From Chiloscyllium plagiosum (lineage: Eukaryota), in assembly GCF_004010195.1 (NCBI RefSeq), contig NC_057734.1:9655441-9719440 (forward strand): a DNA stretch of 64,000 nt, read 5' to 3'. Shown here one piece after another: positions 14,036-25,125 of this stretch. A program made the position numbers and the translations under genes. Each line of letters starts with the position of its first letter. Within the stretch, counting starts at the first letter, position 1. The notes beneath the pieces were generated by a model. The model did not search any database and was not told the origin of the DNA. It was given only the letters and a program-made list of their open reading frames with translations.

Positions 14036-14598
14036 ACTACATCGGGGAGATAGGACGCCAACTTGCGGATCATTTCAGAGAACATCTCTAGGACACCCAA
14101 CCAACTCCATCGCCCTGTGGCTGAACACTTCAACTCCCCTCCCACTCCATCAAGGACATGCAGGTCCTGGGCCTCCTCCATCGCCAAACCTTAACCATCC
14201 GACGCCTCATCATCTGCCTTGGGACCCTGTAACCACACGGAATCAATGTGGATTTCACCAGTTTCCTCATTTCCCCTCCCCCCAACTTATCCCAGTACCA
14301 AGCCTCCAACTCGGCATTGCCCTCTTGACCTGTCCATCATATTTTACATTTATCCATTCCGCCCTCCTATCACCTTCCCCCCCACCTTCATCTACCTTTC
14401 ACATACCCATCTACCCCAGCCCCACCCCCCTCCCATTTATCTCTCAGCCCCCCGGCCCACAAGCCTCATTCCTGATGAAGGGCTTTTGCCCACAACATCG
14501 ATTCTCCTGTTCCTCGGATGCTGCCTGACCGGCTGTGCTTTTCCAGTGTGACACTTTTCGACTCTTACTCTCCAGCATCTGCAGTCCTCACTTTCTCC
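14036..14598 (+). mobile_element. Penelope-like element 3' fragment, same family as 16655-17615
   Basis: YIGE-like start, HFNSPSHSIKDMQVLGLLH, and the same tail ending CTGCAGTCCTCACTTTCTCC. Confidence 0.85.
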
Positions 14599-15414
14599 TA
14601 ACACTACCCAAGGCTCTATCATTATGAAACTATGCTGTTGACATTAATCTCTATTGTTCATCCGACTGTGCTAACTAAACCCTCCTAAAATCCATCCTGT
14701 GATAATCAGCTCTGCTGATTTTTGCATTGGAAATGAGAGGTGACCACAAGTTACGTTCATGGCAAAACCAAATACAATTTAGGTTACCATAAATGCACGA
14801 GCAAAAGTGAACATTTTCAAAAAGGCAAAGCCTTTCGAAGTCATATTTTGTGCGTTAGCACACCTTTTAAATTGTAAACAGCTAAACATAATTAACTTCA
14901 ATGTGTTTTTTTATTACTTCCTCCGTCCCGGTTTGCATGTTATCTATCAGGTCAATTCTAGAAATGATTTGGATAGTGGTTAAGGTGACTAACATACATG
15001 AAGTCATCCATCAGTTCTGCTCGAGATACCTCAATCCCTTCACTTCTTTTGTTTAACCACATTAATGATAGGCTCATGGTGATGGTCCTGATACTGAGAA
15101 GCATTTAGATATTGAGACACTGCGTCCCTCAGCTGAAGACTCTAGATCTTTCAGGATAAGATTTTGGCTCTTTAAGACGGAGGAGTAACACCTTCACTTA
15201 GAAACTCATGAATCTTCAGATTTCTCTGCCAACGTTGCCCTTTGGTCTTCGAGCATATTCAGGACAGAGATTGATAACATTTTTGAGCAATAAATGAATT
15301 AAGGCAAATCACAGATCGATCAGGAGGGCAGACTGAGATAGAAGATCAGTCATATTTCTTATGTTCTTATGCTAACAACTGAGCAGTAGCTGGTGCACTT
15401 TCTGTTCATGTGAT

Positions 15415-15925
15415 TAGAGTCATAGAGTCATAGAGATGTACAGCATGGAAACAGACCCTTCAGTCCAACCCATCCATGCCGACCAGTTATCCCAACCCAA
15501 TCTAGTCCCACCTGCCAGCACCCGGCCCATATCCCTCCAAACCCTTCCTATTCATATACCCACCCAAATGCCTCTTAAATGTTGCAATTGAACCAGCCTC
15601 CACCACTTCCTCTGGCAGCTCATTCCATACATATACCACATGTGTGAAAACGTTACCCCGTAGGTCTCCTTTATATCTTTCCCCTCTCATCCTAAACCTA
15701 TGCCCTCTAGTTCTGGACTCCCTGACCCCAGGGAAAAGACTTTGCCTATTTACCCAATCCATGCCCCTCATAATTCTCTATAAGGTCACCCCTCAGCCTC
15801 CGACACTCCAGGGAAAACAGCCCCAGCCTGTTCAGCCTCTTCCTATAGCTCAAATCCTCCAACCCTGGCAACATCCTTGTAAATCTTTTCTGAACCCTTT
15901 CAAGTTTCACAACATCTTTCCAATA
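15415..15925 (-). mobile_element. CR1 LINE 3' end (similar copies at ~2215-2530, 3345-3635, 4355-4680, 6048-6390, 10020-10290, 46780-47180, 53430-53790, 56055-56400)
   Basis: MRGMD..SLFPGV.ESRTRGHRF...VWNELPEEVVEAG C-terminus and (CTCTATGA)n tail. Confidence 0.85.
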
Positions 15926-16654
15926 GGAAAGAGAGCAGCTGGCACATCTCCTTTCCGTCTCAAATGATACACTCAGACATTAAGCAATAGCAGCAATGCA
16001 TTGGAGTGCTAATGCCAACTTGATTTGGTAGGTATCAGTAAACTGTATGGACAGCCCTGCCCTCTTCCTGTATCCCACACACCATCCTGATCTCTTCCAG
16101 GCCCATGCACAGCACTGATGGCCGAGAGGTTTGATCTAGCTTGATGTAGAGACCTTTCCCTTCAACAACCCCAAACCCCCCACTGCCCAGCCAGCCCACA
16201 GACCACCAGAACAAAACAGCAAGGTGTAGCATCACAGCATCCTCTGCAAGAACAGAACAGAGGTAGCAATATTGAGTGGGCTGTGTTGGGTGTGTCAAAT
16301 GTTATGCATGCAGTTGGTTAGGTGGATTGCCACAGACCTGATAAATGATGCATTAACATGCTATCACTAATATTATTCAAAAACCAGATTAAGGAGACAA
16401 GAACAATTGAAATTCATTTCAATGGAGAACAGATACAGCCCAATTGTGCCAGCTCGCTATCTAAAAGAAATGAGATGAGGCGAAATAGGGCAAAGCCCAC
16501 TCCTAGCATACCTCCCAGTGCTGGGCACTCACTGTGCAACTAGCGAATGAGAGCAAACTAATGGGCAACATCAAGATACATGAAGTCTTGCCTCAAGTCT
16601 CAAGATGTAGACTCTCAGTGTAGAATCTGGACAAGAGGGACTTGTACTCTTTGG

Positions 16655-17615
16655 AGACAAGGACAGAATCCCCCGGTCCTCACCTTCCACCCCAAGAACC
16701 TCCCTATACATTGCATCATTCTCGGCCATTTCCACCACCCACAGAGCTATATTTCCCTCCCCACCCCTATCTGCTTTCTGTAAAGACCATTCCCTCCATG
16801 ACTCCCTTGTCAGGTCCAGGCCCTGCATCAACCCAACCACCCCTCCCAGCTCCTTCCCCTGCTACCTCAGGAATTGCAAAGTCTGCGCCCACACCTCCCC
16901 CTCACCTCTGTCCAAGGTCCCAAAGGAGCTTCCACATCCATCAAAGTTTTACGTGCACTTCCACACATGTCATTTACTGTATCTGTTGCTCCCGCTGTGG
17001 TCTCCTCTACATTGGGGAGACAGGATGCCTTCTTGTACAGTGCTTCAGAGAACATCTCCAGGACACCCGCACCAACCAACCCCACCGCCCCATGGCCAAA
17101 CATTTCAATTCCCCCTCCCACTCTGCCGAGGACATGCAGGTCTTGGGCCTCCTCCATTGCCACTCCCTCACCACCTGATGCCTGGAGGAAGAACACCTCA
17201 TCTTCTGCCTCGGGACTCTCTAACCGTAAGGCATCAATGTGGATTTCACCAGTTTCCTCATTTCCCCTCCCCCCAACCCTATCGCAGTTCCAACTTTCCA
17301 ACTCGGCACTGCCCTCTTGATCTGTCCTACCTGTCCATCTTCCTTCTCACCTATCCACTCCACCCTCCTCTCTGACCTATCACCTTTACCTCCCCACCTT
17401 CACCAACCTATCACACTCTCAGCTACCTTCCCTCGAGCCCCATCCCCCTCCCATTTATCTCTCCACCCCCTCAGCTCCCAGCCTCATTCCTGATGAAGGA
17501 CTTTTGCCCGAAACATCGATTTTCTTGCTCCTTGGATGCTGCCTGACCTGCTCTGTTTTTCCAGCACCACTCTCTCGACTCTAATCTCCAGCATCTGCAG
17601 TCCTCACTTTCACCA
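16655..17615 (+). mobile_element. Penelope-like retroelement 3' fragment (degenerate GIY-YIG endonuclease plus terminal repeat with hammerhead-like motif)
   Basis: FTCTSTHVIYCICCSRCGLLYIGETG...FREHL...HFNSPSHS is a PLE GIY-YIG domain with frameshifts and stops; tail CTGATGAAGGACTTTTGCCCGAAACATC at 17490. Confidence 0.88.
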
Positions 17616-17800
17616 AAGACATCTACTGTCCACTGTTTCAGACAGGGTTAGTGAGCAGGAAAGGCTCAGTCGGTCCATCTCATCCGTCCCATATTATTAT
17701 GGGTGAACCATCACGACATATGTTTCTGAATGCATATTGTTCTTGCATGGCCACATACAATAATAGGAGTCATGCAATGTATGCATCTGTTGGAGTTAAG

Positions 17801-17953
17801 AGCTGAAAAATGTGTTGCTGGAAAAGCGCAACAGGTCAGGCAGCATCCAACGAGCAGGAGAATTGACATTTTGGGCAAAAGCCCTTCTCCTTGGATGCTG
17901 TCTGACCTGATGCTGTCTGACCTGATCTCCAGCATCTGCAGTCCTCACTTTCT
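17801..17953. mobile_element. Internally deleted fold-back Penelope-tail element, 15-bp TSD
   Basis: TCTGTTGGAGTTAAG at 17786-17800 and 17954-17968. Confidence 0.8.
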
Positions 17954-18589
17954 TCTGTTGGAGTTAAGTGAGGTAATGGTTGTTCTCCTGGAAGACAGCT
18001 CCCAGGTTCACTCTGAGCAACAATTGGCCAATTCAGGGGTGTGTGGAAAATTGGTAAGAGGCATAAATTACATCTGGGAGGCTGGGAGGAAATTCTCTGA
18101 CATGCATATAACAGTCACAGGCTGCAAGTCAAAATGATCATCATGATCAACTTCTTGAGGCTGATGATCCACTTGAAGAAGTGAACTGGCCCTTTGTGAT
18201 GTATTTTCTGATCCTATCCCCCAACCCTAAAGAGACTCCAGGGGTAATATCGATGCCCCTTCCTGAAGAGACATGTTGCTGATGCTTTGAGTGACAGGTT
18301 CACCTCTGCCAACTTTTCATCCTGGAGCGTATGTTGTTGCGGTTGTTTGCAATTTGGCCTTCTTGCGTTTGCCCTGTCTCTTTGTTCACAGACAATTAAA
18401 AACAATAAATTATTAAACCCTTTCCAAGGCAAACTCTGATATCCAGTTCACAGTTAGAGGAGTCATAACAAACAGGCAACGTTTGCGTGAACGAGGAGTT
18501 GGAACTAAGGTAGATTTCCTATAAACGCACAATGTAAAGTAAGCACAGAGTGTCTGTCACAAATAAGAATACGTTTGTACATAACAGAT

Positions 18590-19460
18590 CCATTTGTAAC
18601 AATCCGGCCGGATGCTTTATGACCGAATGCCTGATGTATCGAGTCGCCGGTGATAACGCACTGATGTCAATTTCACGTCTTATCATTTGCAATTTCACCT
18701 CCGATTACTCCCTGGTTTTGTCTAGACTTGGGAACAAGGCTGCTTAAATAAATAACAAAAACAAACTGGACGGCCTCAAAATTCCCAGCTCGGCTCAATT
18801 AAATGCAGCAGAAAGGGGTGGGTGGGGGACAAGGGACCAAACGGGCTAAAGCCTCCCAAACCAACCCCCGCCCAAGAAAAAGGTTGAGAATTGTACCTTT
18901 GCATCCGAGGCAGAGGGTCAAATCCGTCAATCTGCAAAAATCTCCGCGGAACCTAGCTCCGCCTCGTCGAAAAGATGATGAAAGGTTCAAGGGAGGGGGA
19001 GGATTGATTGGTCATTCTGTACCAGGGAAAGGGCAAGAGATGAGGTGGGTCAGTGAAAGGCGATTTGGAACACAGTCAGCCAGGTGGGTAAAGGGTGTTG
19101 CTGAGGACAAAGCAAAGGGTGGCACCTGTTTTCCTGGCTCCTGGGGTATTTTCTTTCTTCTGATCTCTTTCTCCCTCTCTCTCTCTCTGATCAGACTGAC
19201 GTCAGACAATACTGAGTGGGGATGGAAAGAGAGAGAGAGAATGGACTGATAGTGACAGCGAAAAGAGAGGACTCAGAGAGAGAGAGAGAGAGAAAGAGGT
19301 GTGAGGATACAGCATGAGGTAAGAGCCAAGGACGAAGCTTTTGGAAGGTCAACACACATTTGGCAACACGGGGCACCGGAGAAGTCGGGAATTTAACAGA
19401 CTTGAAAATTCAGGGAAGCCGATTAAAAACGGAAGATTCTCACCTCGCTCTCTCTGTGCT
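18590..19460 (-). promoter_or_regulatory. Candidate SLC7A4 promoter / non-coding first exon region
   Basis: CpG-retaining, TE-free segment upstream of SLC7A4; perfect CRE TGACGTCA at 19197-19204; CCAAT (minus strand) at 19007-19011; (GA/TC)n tracts; possible minus-strand donors near 18897 and 19443. Confidence 0.4.
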
Positions 19461-20649
19461 GTAATTAAACCACCAAACTAACCAAAAAAAAGTGCATTAC
19501 CTAATGCACACAATGAAGACGATATCACATAATTAACAGTTGAAAGACAGAACAGGGAAGCTAAAAGCAAAATTAATGCAGGTAAATTAATCAAACATGT
19601 GACCTCCTGTAGAGGTTACATTTCCAGGAGTAATTTTGGCTCTAGGAATTGTTCACATTGACACATACACCCACACCCATTACACACCCCTTAAACAGGT
19701 GAAATCTAGCCCTCTATTGTTCCCTTATTACAAAATTGACTTCTGTCTATATTACCTTTGCCTTTAATACAGTATTTTTCAATTGATAGCTGCTGTTGTT
19801 GAAAAAAAGGCTTAACTGTCCATTTACACCTTAATAATGTGTTTTCTTTCCTATTTTTTCGTTCTCTTTTTTAGTTTTTATTTTTTTAATTTTTTTTAAA
19901 CCCCCACACTCCCGCCTAACTGCGGTAGGTAGTGCTTATTTTTTCACCAGCACCCATGTTGTGTGTGTGTAGGTGTGAGACACAGTGAGAGACACAAGGT
20001 GCACGAATCTTTATTCAGTTTCCAACATCAGGAAGAAAAGAAACACCCGAGTGGCCAGTGACAAGCAGTGCCCTTTACATCAAAAGTAATGTGTATCTTA
20101 AATCAGAATCGACACTGGAGATTGGACAGAAATTGCTGAAGCAATTACAAGCAAAACACTGTGGAGGATGAAGATCTGAAATAAGAACAGAAAGTGCTGG
20201 AGAAACTCAACAGGTCTGGCAGCATCTGTGAAGAGAGAAACAATGTTAACATTTCCAGTCCAGTAGATCGTCTTTGGAACTTAACATTGCTGAAGCATGG
20301 GGAGTATCAATGCCATGAATTGGATCTTCACTCAACATTATAATTCGGATAACGATGTTGTGGCATAAATTACCAGAAGAGCAAATCGATTACCATGTGG
20401 TGAGGGCAACAGATCATCTAGGTGGGTCTGAACCATTTCGGCACTGTGGCCCCATTTGAGGCTTGAAAGTAGTGGTGACCCCACTGAGAACCCACCAGAG
20501 GGCATTGTGGGTGAGAGGGGAGGATGTCTGAGAGAACAGGGGCTGTTACAATGCGGGGTACAATTGGGACAACTCGGTCAAGGCTCCATGAAGCTCATTA
20601 CTGCTGCAGAGTTCATGACCCCAAAATGCAACTTAGGGTATGCCAAGGG

Positions 20650-21320
20650 AGCCTCAGTCATGTGCGTCGCTCAGCCAACAGTATATGAGAAGTCTTAGAC
20701 ATTCCGGTGGTGTGGATGACCACACCTGCAGGAAGTGCTGTGGTTTGGGCAGCTTGAGAGCTTGGTTTTGGGGTTTGAGTGTCACCTGGAGGCACAGCAG
20801 TTATTTGGATGACATGTGGTCACTCTACAACATAGGAAAGCGCATCAGGGAAGGGACGGGTGACCAACAGTCTGAAGAATGGCACACAAGCATTCAGGAG
20901 AGCAACAGAGTGCATCTCACTGAAGGATAGCTTTTTGGTGGATTCTCTGGTGGGGGGGGGGGGGGGGGGGGGGCAGGGGGGGTGCAGCCAGAGACCAGCT
21001 ACCTGAGGTGGGTTGAGGAAGAGCTTTAGTGGTAGAAGACTCAATAATCAGGGGTACAGATAGGAGTTTCTGCAGACTTGACTCCACAATTGTGTGTTGT
21101 CTCCCCTGACTCCAAGGTCCAGGATCTCACCGAACAGCTACACAGCATTCTGAAGGGATGGAGTGAACAGTCAGAAGTTGGGGTTCACATTGGTACCTCT
21201 GACATGGGTGGGAAAAGGGATGAGGTCCTACAGCAAGAATTTAGGAAACTAAGCAGCTGATTGAAAAGCAGGACTTTGAGGGATTTATTCTCCAGATCGT
21301 TCCTGGTACCATGTGCTATA
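20650..21320 (+). mobile_element. Degenerate CR1 ORF1 (Zn-finger plus SGNH esterase-like)
   Basis: DDHTCRKC and VQDLTEQLHSILKG..VGVHIGTSDMGGKRDEVLQQEFRKL remnants. Confidence 0.6.
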
Positions 21321-21814
21321 TGAATGTGGGGAACGTAACAGATGAATGTGTGGCAGAAGGAGGGAAGACTATTGATTTTTCATTGGACCCCGAGAGGCAG
21401 CAAGGATCAGGAGATTTTGGTGAGCATGTCCACCGGCCCCTAAAGGTCTCAGGACAGGCAGATAAAGTGATTATTCAGGCATTTGTAGTGTACTTGCCTT
21501 TATTAGCCAAGGCATAGAGTTAGGAGCAAGGAGGTAATGCCGGAACTGTGTAAAGCATTGGTTAGGCCACAGCTAGAATATTGTGTGCAGCTATAGTCTG
21601 GATGTGATAGCCCTGGAGAGGGTGCAGAGGAATGTTGCCTGAGTTGGGGAGCTTTAGTTATGGAGGGAGCTCGGAAAGTCTGAGGTTGTTTGCCTTAGAG
21701 CAGAGGAGATTAGGAATGATTGAGATGTATAAAATAATGAGGAGCATAGACAAAAAGAGATTTTTTTCCCTTGGTGAAGAGATCGGTGACCAGGGGCACA
21801 GATTTATTAGTTTA

Positions 21815-22100
21815 TTAGATTCCCTACAATGTGGAAACAAGCCTTTCAGCCCAACAAGTCCACACCAACCCTTTGGGGAGTAACCCACTCAGACCCATTT
21901 CACTCTGACTAATGCACCTAACACTATGGGCAATTTATCATGGCCAATTCACCTGACCTGCACACCTTTAGACTTTAGGAGGAAACCCATGCAGACAAGG
22001 GAGAATGTGCAACCTAACACAGTCACCTGAGGCTGGAATCGAACCTGGAACCCTGGTGCTGTGAGGTAGCAGTGCTAACCACTGAGCCACCGTGCCACCC
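21815..22100 (-). mobile_element. V-SINE (HE1-like) inserted in a CR1 fragment
   Basis: Reverse complement of the same head, V-domain and tail. Confidence 0.8.
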
Positions 22101-22379
22101 TGAAGGTAAGATTTAAGGTAAGAGGAAGGAGGTTTGGAAGGGATGAGAGGAAAAATGTTTTTACCCAGAGAGTGGTAGGAATCTGGAACTCACTGGCTCT
22201 AAGGATGGGAGAAGCAGAAACACAAATAACGGAGTAGTATTTAGATGTGCACTTGTGGTGTTAAGTCATACAAGGTTCTGTGCAAGTACTGGAAATAGTT
22301 AGGTTGTTGCTTTTCACTGGTACAGCCTTTTTCTGTGGAGTAGACCTCTATGACTCTTATGAATCTATGGGTCTGCTGC

Positions 22380-23980
22380 TGGGAAAGGAGAAACCAATAT
22401 AAGTCTGCTTGGTTGCATCTGAGCTGAAATGGAACCAAAATCCTTGTGGCAGTGCATTTGCTCATGCTGTTAGTAAGGGTTTAAGCTAATTTGGCAGGGG
22501 AATGGAGTACAATAAGATGTGATGCACAGATAAATAAAGAAAAGCAAGTCAGTCTGGATGGCAGAGTGTATAAGGAGAAGTTAAGGCAGAAGGAGCAGGG
22601 CAAGGCTCCTTTAATGTAAGGTAGAGAAGTTGAGGGTGATCATTAAACATGGGGTATGATTTTGCTATTACAGAGACAGTAAGAAAGACAGGAGCAGGAC
22701 TGGCAGCTCAATATTCTGATGTTTAGAATCTTCAGGCAAGATAGGGAGAGATGTAAAAGAGGAGATGGTGTTGCAATATTGATTAAGGAGTCAATTATTA
22801 AGGAGGGCTGGTGGCTTGGGAGGCTCCTCAGTTGATGTCATATGGCTGGAACTTAAAAGCAAAAAGGAGACAATCAGATTGTTGGGAATGTATTGTGGAT
22901 CTCCAAATGCTCAGGGAGAGACAGAAGATCGGGTAATATCGGCAAGTATAAAAATACTAGGGGGTTTTAACTTCCTGAATCTTAATTGGGATAGACAAAG
23001 TGTGAAAGACTTAAAAGGCATAAAATTCTTAAAATATTTCTTGGAGAGCACCACATATAAAGTTCTAGAGGAGAACTTTATGCTGAACCTAATTTTAAGG
23101 AACAAAGCCTGGCAGATGTGTCAATGGAGATGCATTTCGGTGAGTGATCGTAACTCAGTATGATTTAAGGTAGTCATGGAAAATGACAAAGATGGACCCG
23201 GAATAAAGGTTCTGAACTAGAGGCAGGCTGATTTTAATTTGATGAACAGGGTCTAGTCAGTGGACCGAAAAGCATCTACTTATAGGAAAATCTCATCAGA
23301 AACAGGGGAGTCATTCAAAAAGAGAAATAATGAGGGTGGAAGGACGATCTAAAATTGATAAAATTGAAGGGTGGGAATGACAAATCGAGAGAACCATGTT
23401 TGTTAAAGGGTAAACAGGATCAGATAATGGAAATAGGGAAGCTGATGGTAGATACCAAAAAGGTTCAAAAAGCTAGAAGCCTAGCAGAGTATAGAAAATG
23501 CAGGGGTTGTTTAAAATTAATTAGAAGAATAAAGAGGAGACATGAGAAAACACTGGTGGATAAAATAAAGGAAAATTCAAAAGGATTTTATAAATATTCT
23601 GTGGCAAGAAGATACCCGGGGCAGTGTAGGGTCCATTTGGGATCAAAATGGCAAACTGTGTGTGAAGCCAGAAGGCATAGGTAAGGTTTTAAATGCGTGT
23701 TATGCATCTTTATTGATTATAAAGAAGAACAATGCAGGTATAGAAATCTCAGGAGGACAGTGACGTACATGACTAAATTAGAATGGGACATGGGATAAGT
23801 ATTAGAGGTTTTAAATTTGAAATAAAAACCCAGGCTCAGATAGATGTATGCCAGTGAGACATAGGAAAAAAGTGAGGTGGTTACAGGGGCCCTGACATTA
23901 ATTTTCAAATCCTCTTTGACCATAGGAGTGGTGCCAGAGGACAGGAGAACAGTTAGTGGGGTACTATTACTCAAGAAAGC
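22380..23980 (+). mobile_element. Degenerate CR1 ORF1 end and ORF2 endonuclease region
   Basis: IWLELKSKK, GGFNFLNLNWD, IKENSKGFYKY, TGALTLIFKSSLTIGVVPED remnants. Confidence 0.75.
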
Positions 23981-23989
23981 TAAAGAAAA

Positions 23990-24500
23990 ACCAAAAGAAC
24001 TACAGATGCTAGAAATCAGAAACAAAATCAGAAATTGCTGCAAAACTCAGCAAGTTTGGCAGCATCTGTGGAGAAAAATTGGAATTAATATTTCAGGTCC
24101 AGTAATCCTTCTTCAGAACTGATGATGGGGGGGGAGGGGCTAAGGAGGAAACAATAGGTGAAGGGAGAGCCCAAAGAGAGAGAAGACCAGTTGGACAGAC
24201 AAAGGAGTGGAAAATGGTCAGCCTGGGAGAATAAAGAGCTGTTAACGGTGAATAATGGATTGTGGGCAATTGCAGACCACGGGATAATGAGGCCTGGTGT
24301 ATGGGGGTAGGGGGAAAGTGTGGGGAAGGAGCTCTAACCCTAAAATCAATATTGAGTCCAGAAGGCTGCAAGGTCCCCAAGTGGAAAATGAGGTGCTGTT
24401 CTTCCAGCTTGCACGGAGCTTCACTGGAACGCTGCAGCATGCCTGAGACAGATGTTAGCCGGGGAACGGGATGGTGTGTTAAAGTGGCAGGTAACTGGAA
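23990..24500 (-). mobile_element. Penelope-like element fragment (related subfamily)
   Basis: Minus-strand LEEQHLIFHLGTLQPSGLNIDF, a PLE C-terminal motif, plus a related terminal repeat. Confidence 0.7.
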
Positions 24501-24707
24501 GCTTAGCAGAAGCCCATCTTCGCAGACTACCTACGTTCTGTCCAAAAAAAAAATCCTGAGCTTCCCATTGCCTGCCACTTCAACAGACCACCTCCTCACC
24601 ATCTCCTTAAACGGAAGACCTTTTAGTTTGAAACTGTTCCCCCAGGTCTAGGTGTCCCATGTGGGGAAGCATGCTCCTGACATCTTCCTAGTTAAGCCCC
24701 CTCACAG

Positions 24708-25125
24708 CAAGGTTTGAGATTTGTAGCTTAGGTTGAGGTTTTGGATGTAGGTTTACTCACTGAGCTTGAAGGTTCATTTCCAGATGTTTCGTCACCCAAC
24801 TAGCTAACATCTTCAGTGGGCCTCAGGTGAAGCAATGCTGTAATTCCTGCTTTCTATTTATATGTTTGGGTTTCTTTGGGTTCGTGATGTAATTTCCTGT
24901 GGTGAAGTCACTTCCTGTTCCTTTTCTCAGGGTGTGGTAGATGGGGTCTAACTCAATGTGTTTGTTGATAGAGTTCTGGTTGGAATGCTATGCTTCTAGG
25001 AATTCTCATGCATGTCTTTGTTTGTCTTGTCCTAAGATGGATGTGTTGTCCCAGTCAACGTGGTGTCCTTCCTCATTTGTATGTAAGGATACTAGTGAGA
25101 GAGGGTCATGTCTTTTTGTGGCTAG
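24708..25125 (-). mobile_element. Second Penelope-like family, 3' fragment with hammerhead-like motif
   Basis: Minus strand reads approximately DWDNTSILGQTKQRHA*EFLEA*HSNQNSINKHIELDPIY (degenerate PLE GIY-YIG C-terminus), followed by CTGAAGA-TGTTAGCTAGTTGGGTGAC-GAAACATC at 24816-24783. Confidence 0.7.

Noticed and set aside
16642-17375. Intact protein-coding gene from 140-178 aa ORFs
   Set aside because: Frameshifted Penelope endonuclease remnant; RT domain absent.
20952-20982. Long poly-G run
   Set aside because: Homopolymer inside a decayed CR1 ORF1; likely slippage or a sequencing artefact, with no evidence of function.
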